From assembly GCA_003693705.1 (NCBI GenBank), contig RBZT01000125.1, positions 124,001 to 188,000 of the forward strand: a stretch of 64,000 nucleotides of DNA, in the 5' to 3' direction. Below the pieces are notes generated by a model that ran no database searches, was not told the DNA's origin, and saw only the letters and a list, made by a program, of their open reading frames with translations. Positions 41,389 to 53,820 of this stretch are shown one piece after another; positions within the stretch are counted from its first letter, which is position 1, and each line of letters opens with the position of its first letter. Source of the stretch: Polymyxa betae A26-41 (Eukaryota > Protista > Endomyxa: Phytomyxea). The position numbers and the translations under genes were made by a program.

Positions 41389-43466
41389 TTAATCAGCAGT
41401 CCAGAATTTTGCTGTACCATCTTCACTGCAGGTCAAAATCGCCGGTTCAACCGGTGAAGAAACAATCCAAGTAATAGACTAACATCATTGATCGATCAGC
41501 GCTGAGAGCTGAGCAAAGTACTTCGTCGTACCTTTGTATGTGTGGGAATCTTTTTAGCCAAAGCACCAGTCCTGGTGTCCCAAACAGTGATGTTACCAGA
41601 CATTTCGTCGCCACTCATGATAAATTCATCATTGAAGCTAAAGATGCTCTTGATGTTGATGCGTCCACTCTGATTGTGGACGGCGCCCTCATATGTGAAT
41701 ACGAGTTTACCTGTGCCCACGTCCCATAATCGCGATGTGGAATCCTAGAAAATCAACATCATTTTTTTTTTCCGTTTTCTGCAATGAGATATGTGGCATA
41801 CCCTTCCTCCACTCAGAATGTATTTTCCATTCATTGAGAATTGAACGTTAGATATGGGAGCTCCCGAATGAGCATGTGGTATGGTACGAACACAACTGCT
41901 ATTGACACCATCCCAAATCTGGCGAAATGAGACGATTGAAGAACAGTAAACAGCTTAGCCACCTTAATCATTCCATCAGCGGAACACGATGCATAGTATT
42001 TGGCCTGATTGGCGTACTGGACCTAAATTACACAAAATCAACCGACAAGACAACTTGACACTGTCGAGAATTCTCACCCAGGTGACAGGACCTTGATGGA
42101 ACATTTTCTGATCTGAAGTGCAATACCTCTGGAATGTATTCATATCGTACCTGAGCAAAGATTATTTCGATTGCGGAATGTTTTCAGCTTTGTCTACATG
42201 TAGACTTGGGGACGATCAGTGCCGCAAATCAGGAAATCGCCACAGGGATGGAAATCGATCGAGTTCACACTGGAATTTTCTGTTACGAACCGATGCTCAG
42301 ATTCATGCAAGGATCGACAAACGGAATAAGCACCTTTAATATGCTTGAACGATTTCTTCACCGTGGATCGTTGAAGATCGAAGATCTTGATAGTAGCGTC
42401 GTGCGACGCTGAAACAAGAAAGTCCCGAAAAGGATGAAACACAACCTGGAAGACATTATCAGCAATGACGGGTGGTCGCCTTTCGAGGTCGAGAAAGGAA
42501 AGCGACCTGAGAAATGGGGCCCGAATGGTCGTAGTACGTTCGAATGACAGGTCGAGATGTGGAATCGTCGGATCCTCTCAGCTGCGAGTAATGATGCATT
42601 TTGTCGACATCGAGCTAGGGACAAATGCCATTGGCTAGAGCTGAAATACTTTCAAGAGAATTACATATTTGATTGAGAAATCGTTGCTAGCTGAGGCGGC
42701 ATAATTGCCATCTTTGCTGAAACAGCCGGCACGAACCGCATTCTTATGCAGTGCAACGAATCGTGAAGTATATGTTGGGAACGGTCTCGATCTATGAATT
42801 TGCTAAGACACAAACATTTATCAGGTCAGGTTCAGTAACATACAGATCAGAGAGCGACTCGCGATCGACAGTCAAATTCATGGCGTCTTCCCTATCAGAT
42901 GGCTGATATTTGGCCGAGTTCGATTGGCCTTCCTGCAGAAGAATATTGAGCAATTATGATTGAAAGAATATCAGCACGACCTCATCCTGCTCTTTATCAG
43001 TATCCATTCCATCGCTCTCGTCTTGCTCCTGGTCCTGGTCCTGAGACCACACGATCGATGCCAGCTTCCTCTCGGGAATGGCTTGATCGACTTCCAGCCC
43101 TACCGCCATCGCCTATCTAGTATGAGATGGCAGCTAGCGCTTAATGCTGAATACCAGCTCATTAGCGATGTATGTAAACCCATCATCAGCCAGCTGACGG
43201 ATGATCAGCGAATACAATGAGATCTCTTCTGGGGTCTGAATCTCATTTCCCTGCCTGGATTCCTCCACCTAACAACCGGGTCGGCGTCTGAAAATGTCAA
43301 GATCGTGCTCGCGGCCGACCTCGACATTAGCCAAATCGTCAATCTGCTGATTAAGGTCCTCATCAACGACTAACGCCGGATCAGAAGGATGATGGCTGAC
43401 AATGGCAGCATCATCGGTCTGATCCGGCTGGGTGTCATTAGGCGGCTGGTCGCCGCTCTCATCCAT
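41389..43466 (-). CDS. CSTF1: Cleavage stimulation factor 50-kDa subunit (WD40), multi-exon
   Basis: LYSLIIRQLADDG, RPVIRTYYDH, FHPFRDFLVSASHDATIKIFD, DFHPCGDFLICGTDRP. Confidence 0.9.
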
Positions 43467-43877
43467 GATGGCTGATACAGGTGGAAGGTCCGTCGCTCTG
43501 GTCTTGAAGGTCCCTTTTGCGCCTCTAAACGACAACGACGCTAATACCACTGAGATTATGACAATTATCGATCTTAAGCCCTACAAAAGAATATCAAAAC
43601 AGATTGGAGCATCTCTGTTGCGAGATCTGCTTTTGGATAATGCCATGGATTCAGCAAACACCGTCTAGGAATTTATTTCACAAATTAAAGCGAAATATCG
43701 TCGCGTAGTAAAATATTCCGAAATGGGTATGGAATCCCGCCGAAACTCGTTGAAAGTCTGCAGAACGGCGTTACCTGCCGTCGCGGCCCAAAGTATTTAG
43801 TCCACCCTCAAAGAAACCACATTTGGTTAAGTTTCGGAGATTCGCATCTCGCGTAAAGTGTTCAACGCTGCTGAACG

Positions 43878-44507
43878 ATGGATGATGGATATAGCGAGTG
43901 CCGAAATGATCGTCACTTTTCACTCACCACAAGGACTACTGTAGTAGTATCCAGTCGAGCGATCGAGAATCATCGTATCAACATCAAGGTTGCCAGAACA
44001 ACAAAATTTCAGACAGGAAGTGAGTACAATTCAACTTTGGCATTGGCGCTGGAATTGCCAATCTAAAGAGATCGATTTAAACTTCATTCAAACGCAGTTG
44101 ATGGCCAAAAGCGTTGAGGTAAGGATTGAATCAAACCCGATAAACGATTACAGATTTCAACTTCAAATGAGCAGGTCCCATCTAGAGGCGTTGATCACCG
44201 ATACAAACATGAGAGAAATTTGTCAAATTTGGTCAGAATATAAGAGAAAAAGAGAAAAACAATCCTTGAACGTTGCCGGGTGGGTTTTCATCAAACTGGG
44301 TGTGTTTTCAGACCAGTATGTTGATGACTCCTCAGGTAGTTCTTGGACATCAACAACCATTCTGAAATCCGCTTTGGCACCAGCAGATTGCAGTTCAGAC
44401 GTCGAATCCCCAGCGCAGCTCTATCTGATAGGAACATAGGACGAAGCGAAATGAGACGCCTGCGAAAAGATCTTAAAGAAGTCACGATCATTGCTAATAG
44501 ACAATGA
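43878..44507 (+). CDS. Hypothetical protein
   Basis: ORF 43878..44066 can splice (GTGAGT donor) into the 149-aa frame; no domain recognised. Confidence 0.35.
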
Positions 44508-44736
44508 TAGGGGATGTAACCACCATCTCATGTTACATCGAGGTATCACCCCAGTTGGGGCCGTGGGTTCATACACCAACTAAATCTTCATTTCTGATAA
44601 CGCTCGGGACGACATTGATTACATGGTCGTTTGACAGCCTGATCGAGTGTAGTGACCAGATCTTCCTGACCGAAGCCCTAATCATCGCATCGGCAATTCG
44701 CTACGGATTAGTTAGCCGATTTCGCCCAACCTGGTG

Positions 44737-46207
44737 ATGGCAGCCAATGATAATGGCGCCATCCGAACCGGTTCGGTTGCTTTCAATCTGGGCCAGTACC
44801 AGGCGGAGAATACCATGTCGGAGCTGCTTCAGAAGTATGCGAACGAGATGAAGATAATGCATGACAGGTTCCAGGGCAGAGAGGTTTTTACCTGTTACAA
44901 AACTACGATATCTGCTTTTGATATATTCATAGGACGATGATTATATCTTGTACCGGGTTCTAAAGGCCTTTAAATTTGATATAGACGTGGCTAGCAAACA
45001 GCTAGAGGCCACGTTAAAATGGAGGCAGGAGGTGGACTATGAATCGATCAAGTCGGCTGTCCGAGATATCAATCCCAACAACCGTGAAGCCTTTCCAGGA
45101 GGGAAACTGATTACCCGGTATTTTCCCCAATGGTAATGTTCTTCTTTGATCTAGCGTGGATATGAAGCTAATGACGTTGGCAGCTCAAAATATTCTGAAG
45201 ATTTGGACGGCAACGTTGTCGGCATAATGTATCCCGGATTGGCTATTCCGAACGAGCTTATTGCCCATATTGCGCCCAGCGAAATGCAGCTCCATGAAAT
45301 CTATTCTATGACCAATTTGGTAGTTTTGGCTGCCAGTTCTGCAGACATAACACTAAATGAGCGCTCAGAGCTTGTACTTAGGAGAGTTAAGTCGGCAACG
45401 CGGCATCGTTGTGAGGATGACGAAGATTATCGACATGGATGGATTCGGCATGAAGCATATAAAATCCAAAGCTGCAATTGACACGACAACAGCATCACTG
45501 TCGATTGCACAGTCACATTTTGTCGAGCATATGGTCAGATCAAACCTGACCTGTGCTTGCATTTGCTGAATTCGCATCAGTCTCGAATTATCATCATTAA
45601 CGCCCCTGTCATCTTCAATGCCGCTTGGGCTTTGATCAAACCGATCTTGAGTGAAAGAACTCAGAAAAAGGTTATTTGTATCATCTTTATCGCTACTATG
45701 CTAATATTGTTCAAAGGTGATCGTTTGTGGTTCTGATTACAAGAAGACGCTATTGAAGTACATTGCTGCTGATCAATTACCTGTGGCCTATGGCGGCACC
45801 TGTACCCGAGAACCGATTACATTGTTCGATCATGATGCTGGATTCGAGACCTTCACAATTCCTGCTGGGGGATCTGTAGAGAAATCGGTTTGGTATTTCA
45901 TTGGTTTTAAGTATCGGATTCTCACTCCTTTTAGGTTCGCGTTGATGGGGGATCCCTTTTGGAGTGGTCAATTCGATCGGAGGGAAAGGACATTTCCTTG
46001 GCTATTGACTTCAGTAATGATCTGGATCCCGTTGATATTCACAAACCGTCTCGAATTCCATCCAATTCGCATACGGTTGTCGGTTCATGGACTGCTTCGC
46101 CAACACAATCAGGGACTGCTCGGTTCAAATTTGACAACAGCTATTCAATGTTTACTTCGAAAGTAGTTAAAGTCCGCATCGATACATCATCTTCATTAAA
46201 CACGTAA
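44737..46207 (+). CDS. SEC14-like CRAL-TRIO + GOLD lipid-transfer protein, 7 exons
   Basis: DDYILYRVLKAFKFDI...LKWR, IIDMDGFGM, IIIINAPVIFNAAWALIKPILSERTQKK, DQLPVAYGG, GOLD motif FKFDNSYSMFTSK. Confidence 0.92.
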
Positions 46208-46309
46208 TGACCGCTGTACATTCGATTTCATCAATGTTATTAGTGCCAGATTAATTGATCCAGTACGTCGGTTGATTTAAAGGGTAGGTGCAACGATCTT
46301 TCCTTCCAA

Positions 46310-47122
46310 ATGAGCAGGAGTTGCACTTCAGCTGCCAGTGAACTGTGGATTCGATCGCTTCGAGACTCTCGAAAGAATGATCAAAATTCCGATAAGAAAG
46401 CTAACAGGCGTTCTAAAAGCGAGGTTCCTAATCTATGCGCCCTTGCAAAGCAGCCCGTCGAGAGGAGGATGGTAGAAGCAACGAATTTCGAACTATGCAA
46501 CAAAGCTACCCTAGGTGCGATTATTGAGAAATCTCATAGATCCAAGCTGCTAAAAACATCCGCGAATTTTGATTTCTCCAATCATTATCGGTCTGCCTCT
46601 GAAGCTATTGGTCCGACGATGCATTCGCGTTCCCCATCGATAACGTCGCGCTCTCCATCCCCGCCGAAACTGAAAACAAGCCCGTATATGATTGTTCAGA
46701 ATGTTAACCGGCCGTCTGGAGATATGCCTGAGCATTCAGATAATCGCAAAGGTCTCTGGACAAAGTTGAGAATCTCTTTATCGGAAGTAGAACTTTCTTT
46801 GGGCAATCTGCTGCGGCATGGTGATGACGACCAGAGCTCTGCAGAATCTGATAAGCTCGATGATCGTATGAACAGCTTCGAAGATACCGTCACAGATACC
46901 CCATCACGAAGTTTGAGCTATAGATGTCGATCAAGCTACTCAGCTGCTGTGGACAGATACCGGCGAAAAACACCCCGATATTGCTTACAGAAAGACAGAG
47001 AAGAAGCATCTAGTGTTCTGAAGGCTGCAGAAGACTGGCGAATGGCCCAACGAGCAATCAAGCACCGGCAAAAGGTGGACCTATTTCGGTTCTGCCATTC
47101 TTTGATGCAATCGGAAAGCTGA
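46310..47122 (+). CDS. Hypothetical Ser/Arg-rich protein, 270 aa
   Basis: Long uninterrupted ORF filling the gap between genes; no domain recognised. Confidence 0.6.
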   Translation: MSRSCTSAASELWIRSLRDSRKNDQNSDKKANRRSKSEVPNLCALAKQPVERRMVEATNFELCNKATLGAIIEKSHRSKLLKTSANFDFSNHYRSASEAIGPTMHSRSPSITSRSPSPPKLKTSPYMIVQNVNRPSGDMPEHSDNRKGLWTKLRISLSEVELSLGNLLRHGDDDQSSAESDKLDDRMNSFEDTVTDTPSRSLSYRCRSSYSAAVDRYRRKTPRYCLQKDREEASSVLKAAEDWRMAQRAIKHRQKVDLFRFCHSLMQSES

Positions 47123-47148
47123 GGATAAATTCCGAATGTTTAATCATA

Positions 47149-48048
47149 CTATTGCCATGCCATGACAGGTGACCGTTGTGGGCAAGCTGCCGGTATCGGC
47201 GTACAATCTGTATCGAACGGCGGCCGTAAATCATAACCGGAAGATATCTTTGCGAGCGATTCAACTTCGTCTTGATTAGTCCCATATGGGGCCCGAGTTC
47301 CTTTATAGTTCGGATCTAATTCGATTCTGTAGACGCTTTTATCTGCACAAGCCTCTTGCTCTTGGTTGCGCTCCTGAGTACGTTCTGACGACAGCTTCTG
47401 ATTGAACTCTTCAGTCTCTTGTTGTCGATTACATTCTCTCGGTTCGTCGTAGAAATGGCGTCGCTCAGACAGCTTTCTCGTCAACCGTGGTTGAAGACTA
47501 CCATTGTTTATGATAACAGACCTATTGACATACCGTCTCGATTGAGCTCTGGCAGGTTCTGGAGCGGCATGATGCCATGATATGATATTGCCATGATCAC
47601 TTGGTCGCCTCGATACTGTTTTCTGGTATAGCTGCTCCGTTGGTCCATCTTGTGCTAATGGAATCTGACTCCTGGAATATATACGCTGTATCCCTGGCCG
47701 AGGAATTGGCATTGGAGCCATCATTGCCTCTATAAAATTTGTGCTTGTAACGATGACTGGCTTGGAGCCTGGTTTATACGATTTTTCCAACGATTGTAGA
47801 AACCTGTTGATTTCCACTGGACGATTCTGAAGAAACAGAACAGTCTCGAGACCAGGAATGAAATTTAAGCCTTTGAGCGACCGAATCATAGAATCTAGAT
47901 TGATGATATCGCTATTATACCAGTTGACCAAGCTGATGATCTCGTCCATCTTCTCGTTGATACGTTGGCGTCCGTTCGCTTCCAGAGGCATCGGGTCTCG
48001 TTCCCAGCCCGGTTTCGAGAGGGCTGCTTTCAGGTTCTCCATAGGCAC
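47149..48048 (-). CDS. Hypothetical protein, ~299 aa; start uncertain
   Basis: Long ORF convergent with 46310..47122; an upstream exon is possible. Confidence 0.6.
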   Translation of the reverse strand: MPMENLKAALSKPGWERDPMPLEANGRQRINEKMDEIISLVNWYNSDIINLDSMIRSLKGLNFIPGLETVLFLQNRPVEINRFLQSLEKSYKPGSKPVIVTSTNFIEAMMAPMPIPRPGIQRIYSRSQIPLAQDGPTEQLYQKTVSRRPSDHGNIISWHHAAPEPARAQSRRYVNRSVIINNGSLQPRLTRKLSERRHFYDEPRECNRQQETEEFNQKLSSERTQERNQEQEACADKSVYRIELDPNYKGTRAPYGTNQDEVESLAKISSGYDLRPPFDTDCTPIPAACPQRSPVMAWQ

Positions 48049-48341
48049 ATAAATATCTTCTGCTTATTGCGCTGAGTGAGTCATCACATCGAATCTCAGA
48101 AAATATCGTCATGTGACAGCAATTGCAGCGAAATATGCGTCCAATGATCCCATCATGATTTTACGAAGCAAGAAATAAAATGTAGAAGCTAACTGCTTCG
48201 TTCTCAGTTCCATTCTTCAATATACGCCTTCATCGGTTTTCTGCAGCCTTCTTCATCATCTGCGGTGGCTGGCAGAGTGCAGACACAAAGCGGCAACGAG
48301 AAGGAAGGGGCTGCGTGGGGCGACGGGGTCGTCTGCCGTCA

Positions 48342-48353
48342 TGTAACGTTACA
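48342..48353. promoter_or_regulatory. Perfect palindrome TGTAACGTTACA, candidate transcription-factor site
   Basis: About 120 bp upstream of the kinase ATG; the same 8-mer ACGTTACA lies upstream of four other genes. Confidence 0.45.
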
Positions 48354-48474
48354 GTGTCTAAGCTCGACATGACCCAGGGTGGTTGCGTAATCAGATAACC
48401 ACGTCTGGGATTTTGCTGTCTGAGGTCTGGCATCTGTTCGTCATCCAGATCGATATCGGCAGGCCGATCTTTGC

Positions 48475-50391
48475 ATGATCTCGGATTCGCGTCCGGGTGG
48501 ACCCGTTTCTATCAAGATCCAGAAGTGCTTCATGAACCAGGGGCAAGACGATCTCGAACAGATTCGTGATGCCCTGTCCGGTCTTCGAGTTGATACACCA
48601 CCATCATATACTCCCCTCCCGATACCGGTAGTGACACATACGGCTGAGGCTAAGGCTGCAGAGCGTCCGAAACGATTAGGCTTAGAAAAACTAACGCACG
48701 CGCCGCTGAATTTCCGGGTCCTTCCGGAAACGCCATATTCTTTAGATGAATTCAAAGTTCTAACTGGAAAAAAAGGAGCACTAGGAAAAGGAGCGATGGG
48801 TAATGTCCAGCTAGTGCAATGGATGACGCGTCCTGATAAACCGTTAAGGGCTCTTAAGAGAATATCGAAATTCCAAATGTGGAAGGATGATAATCCGGTA
48901 AATCAACCCATTCATGAAATGGAATTATCGGATTTACGGTGTAGATAGGTTGTTCTATTCGAACAATTATGGGATGAAGTGGAGGCATTAATGACGCTAA
49001 AGCACAAGAATATCGTCGGTCTGGATGGGTATTTCGAGGACTACAAGTATGTGTATTTGATCATGGAATATGCTCCAAATGGTGATCTCAACCAGCTCCT
49101 TGAGAATCAGAAGCGTCTCTCTGAACTGGAAGCAGCCAGACATATCGAATCGTTAATTCAAGCACTGTTATATTGTCATCAGCATAGCTATCTACATAGA
49201 GATATTAAGCCAGAGAATCTCCTCATATCATCCAAAGGCGATCTTCTTTTGGCCGATTTCGGGTAATGTCGCTCTTTTTCATTATTCTACAAACAATCTA
49301 AGATTGGCTTAGCTGCGTTGCCACTAGTCACTCGACTAAAAAGAGTCTTTGTGGTACGCGCTATTATCATTCTTACGAAATCGCCAACGAAGAACCACAC
49401 GATGAGGCTTCTGATGCCTGGAGCGTTGGGGTTGTCGCTTTTGAATTATTGCACGGAAAATCTCCGTTTGAATCTGACGATAGCGATGATGATGATGATG
49501 ATGATCTAGATACCGAGACGGAATCAGAAGAGGACTCTGTATCTGGATCGGAAGACGAATTTGAGTATGAGAGTGATGAATATAGTGCCGAGGAATCAGA
49601 AAGGGAAAGCGAAGCAGAAGAAACAGAGAGTGACGGCGTCGATGCCGAGGAATCAGAAAGGGAAAGCGAAGCAGAAGAAACAGAGAGTGACGGCGTCAAT
49701 GCCGAGGAATTTAAAGACGAGGAGAATGATCGAGATGATGATGCAGAATCTGGATCAGGCGAGCAATATAACTCGAATATTGTCGATTCTGAGTTAAACG
49801 CTGGGGAAAAAGTCGAGGCCAACTCTAACGACTGTTTTGATTCCGAAAAGGTACAACTTTTCGTTTTATTGAATGATTCTGATGTTGCCCAGGATGGTCG
49901 TGAAATAAGAAATCACGCAAAACCACGACACATACGTTACGATGACCAGGGGAACATTGTATGATAGTTATGCCTGAACGCTGTTCTCTCAACTGACTGT
50001 TTTCTCTCAGGTATCCTCCCACAGCGATGTTGTTGAGGATAGGAACCAGCCGCAACCTGAAAGTAAAAGTGTTGCTAAACATATAGACCTCCTCCCAGAC
50101 GATGAAAGCAGCGACGAAAGCAACGATGATAGTAGCACCGCAAGCTCTGAAGATTCGGATAATGTCGAAATTATCTATAACCGGATTCGCAATCTTGACT
50201 ACAGGTTTCCAGATTTCTTTAGCAATGAAGCTAGAGATTTCATCTCAAAGGTTGAACTGTTTGGTTTTTGTAACTGGTTTTGTTCTAAGTTTCTTTAGCT
50301 TTTGCAGAAAGATAAGGAGCGCAGAATGACGTTGTCGGAGGCATTAAATCATCCTTTCATTGCTCAACTGCATCGATTAAGTAGTACTTGA
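48475..50391 (+). CDS. Aurora-like Ser/Thr kinase with a long acidic insertion, 6 exons
   Basis: LGKGAMGNV, ALKRISK, YLIMEYAPNGDL, HRDIKPENLL, ADFG, SLCGT, DAWSVGV, then after the insert IYNRIRNLDYRFPDFFSNEARDFISK|LLQKDKERRMTLSEALNHPFI. Confidence 0.88.
49586..49710 (+). repeat. 57-bp coding tandem repeat, about 2.2 copies
   Basis: Unit starts at 49586, 49643 and 49700; encodes AEESERESEAEETESDGV[D/N]. Confidence 0.93.
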
Positions 50392-50497
50392 TTAAACAAG
50401 TGTTGTTAATGTTGTATTTTGATGCCGTTCCCGATTTTAGCCACGGGATCGCGTGCCCTGGATATTTTTGAGGATCAAATAGTTCTCCTATTTTCCT

Positions 50498-50839
50498 ATG
50501 GCAACGGCTACCAACTTTTACGTTGATGTCAAGCTTGATGATAACGACATTCGGCTTGTTCGCTTAGAGAGCTCCAGAGATTATGAGAATGTCGTTGAGT
50601 TCGTCATGCGCCACAAACCAAATAAGTTTACATTGAGATCTAAGGTCTGAGATGACTTCAATCAACTCGATGAAGATCGGACAATAAAAATTCGCCTGTC
50701 ATCATAGGTGTTCTTCACATACGACTTAGAGGATGGGCAGAAGTGCACAGTCTCCACCCCGCTGGAACTTCACCACGCCCTGCATCAGGACAAGTCGTTT
50801 CAAGAACATCGCCTTGAGTTGCGACCTGAACTTAAATGA
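50498..50839 (+). CDS. 92-aa stand-alone PB1-like domain protein (absent from ORF track), 2 exons
   Basis: Exons 50498-50644 and 50708-50839: MATATNFYVDVKLDDNDIRLVRL...KVFFTYDLEDGQKCTVSTPLELHHAL...; OPCA-like motif. Confidence 0.7.
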
Positions 50840-50926
50840 TCATTGACAGGAGTGTGGTCATACTCGGGATAAAGACACTCGCGCAAAGTAAATGTCATAA
50901 ATGTTTAAAGGTTTATTGTTTAAACG

Positions 50927-53468
50927 CTATGGAAGTGCAACACTATGCATGCCAGTACTTATATGTCGATGTCCATTATCTAACTCCAAGAATGCATTGA
51001 TCTCTGGGCAAGACAATGGTGTACAGTTAATTACTTTCTGTAAAAACAGTTCGAACTGTAATGCAAGAGCTTCCGCAAAGGCTGGATCTCCTGATGAGTG
51101 AATAGACGACCTACGATTCCGTTACATAACCATAGCCATTACTCGTTTTTTGAATTTTACCACTTGGGTAAGTCAGGAAGGACATCATTCGGAAATCTTC
51201 GCCTCAACGAGGTGTGTAGATCTTTCAAATCGGATAAAGTAGAACGAATTGTCCACTTGAGATACTGATTCAAAGAGAAGTATTCATATACCTAACATAC
51301 AATCACATCAGAAAGTACAATTGGACATTATGTGTCGGATAATAACCTCAAAGTAATAAATTGGATTAAACCGATAATCGCTGGAATCGGAAAATTGCCA
51401 CTTGCTTATGACTATCCCAAATTTATGAACATTGTCGATTTTGTAATCAGAGTCAGGTTCAGAACGTTCCGGGCACTCTAACTGGATCACTGTGAGAACA
51501 ATTTCAATGCAATACTGCACTTACTCGATCATAGTTAAGAAACTCATACAATGGTCGACATTGGAAATAATTGACATTGACAAGCGATTGAATGAAAATG
51601 TCCAGCTGTCTTCTTCGATTCTCGAGAAATCTAGAATCTAAACACAAGATCTGAATAATATTTATATTGGGCAAACGAGAAAAGTTTACGTGAGGAATTG
51701 AGCAATGACTTGGATGGAACAGCTGGCAATAATCTGTCATCAAAAAGTTGTTGCATTTTGTAATGTAGCTCGAGGAACTGGTTGAATCGGCGCCTGACAC
51801 ACCATCCTGATATTCCTGCACTAACCTGTCGAAAATAAATGCGAAATCCTAAAGCTTTGTTCCGATTACGTGTATATCGTAGACAATGGGTTGCGTGTCG
51901 GTATTATATTGGAAAACGGTTGCACTGATGATTTTTTCATGATCCTTAGTTTGGAAAAAAAGCACTTCTTCAGATGGCGGTCGGATTTTCCGCTCCAAGA
52001 TCGCAGCAATTGGTGTGGTGATGACTTCGTTGATCATTTGCTTAACCGATTTACTTTCAACAAGCTTTGGACTCCCTTCTGTGTTCTGAATAGAATTCAC
52101 AAACTGAAGTGGTCAATGGATTGTATAGTTACACGAGTCTCATCCAAATGGTTCATGATGCCAACTGAATTAGAAGTTATAGGTTCTGACAATATCTCTC
52201 TCTCGGAACGCAGCAGCTTTGTTTGAGATCCAAGGAAATCAGCGAGCGGAGTTTGAATGCTAGGGTGCTCGGTTGCTCGATGAAGGTAAAGCTGCAAAAT
52301 CGATGCAATCTCGCCAACAGAACAATGCTTAATTGAATTTGGAAATTCCGGCAAGTTAATCGGTTGATTTTCTGCTTCGCATGCCTACCACATGTAAACT
52401 AGAGCCAAATAATCAGGACCTCGCGGTAACAACCTTTTTGACAGCATAACCAAGCCACATCCAATCCGAAAACGATGAAGAAAATACCCAGGCAGTTTCG
52501 CCTGCGCCAACCGGCTCAACCTCCACAGAAAACCTAGCATATGGTTCCCCATCCGAATCGATTCCTTCAAACCAAGATAGCAGATTCAGAGCACCGATAT
52601 GATTGCTTTTGGGATCGAGGTTATTAACGGCAGATGATTGTACTTCAGAAGCCAGCCATGTATTCCAGATCTGGGTGTCTGACAAAGCACCATTTTTCGG
52701 CGAAACTTCCTGGTGGGTTTGTAACCATGGATGATGAAAACCATGCAGATTCCGGAAGTGCGGTCTGGTTAAACAGGACCACTAAACAGTCATAAAAAAA
52801 ATAATTCGATTGGCAATTTACATACAATGCGACGAAAAATCCATCCGAAAGATACAATTGAGTCTACGGCTAAGATTGCAGAGACAGAGAGTCGACCGCA
52901 ATTAACTATCAGCAGTGACCGGAGATCTTTTCCATCTGCTAAACGGAAAGCTTGAGATTGAACGTCTTTACATGAAATAATGAAATTCATGATCCTAATA
53001 ACTCTAGACTTAATGTAGTGCTCGCATAGAGCCGGTGTGTATGCATGCTTACCACCATAGACGAATACCGTAATTTAGAGGAGCGCCGTAAGCGTTGGAG
53101 AGCGAAACAATAAAGGCTCCACACAGCCAAGCAGCAAATTGGGTTAACTGAGCAATCAGTTCATAGGGGTAGATATAGCTAAATACATCTTCTGGATCGA
53201 CTTTGATCACATGCACCAGCAAAATTGTAATCGGGAATGTTGTCATACAAAGGCACGAAGTCATTTGAATCCAGAAAGACACCGACCGATCCTCTAGCGG
53301 TATCGTTTGGCGACGCCTATAGATGGATTGGCATTGTGCCCAGGTATGGACCAGCAGAACGGCAATCGGAATCGAATCCAGGACTAGCGACGAGAAACAT
53401 GGCGATAAGCCATCGAAACCTTCGGCAATGGGCCCTGGACCCAGGGGACCGCAGAGCGTCTTCAGCAT
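50927..53468 (-). CDS. Membrane protein: ABCC-type TMD0-like N-terminus followed by three PX domains, ~10 exons
   Basis: N-terminus LCGP...DGLSPCFSSLVLDSIP...IRLWW with about 5 hydrophobic segments; PX2 WCVRRRFNQFLELH...LPAVPSK...FLENRRRQLDIFIQSL...LYEFL; PX3 WTIRSTLSDLKDLHTSLRRRFPNDVLPDLP; PX1 is more divergent. Confidence 0.8.
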
Positions 53469-53820
53469 GAGCTTCTTCGTGTTAGAGCATCAATTGTAGT
53501 CTGGAAGGAGAGAGAGATGAAAGCTGCTCACCCACCACAAGGTTGGGTTGTTGTGGGGCCAGAATACAGTCTAGAAGGCAGACTGGTTTCAGGGTTTCAT
53601 CGTCAGTCGTGGTAGGGTTTCATCTCAGTGGTACCGCCAGGCAGTCAAAGTCGGTCGTAAAGCAGACGACAGTTCCATGAGAAGGTTGCTGCTTTGTTTT
53701 TGGTTTGTTACTGTACGGGGTTCTCCCTATGGGGTCCAGGGGGCCCTTCATTGACGCACCCCTTATCATTGACACTGAAGCTCATGACATCATCATCTAG
53801 ACTGGTGGTGATCTGAGACG

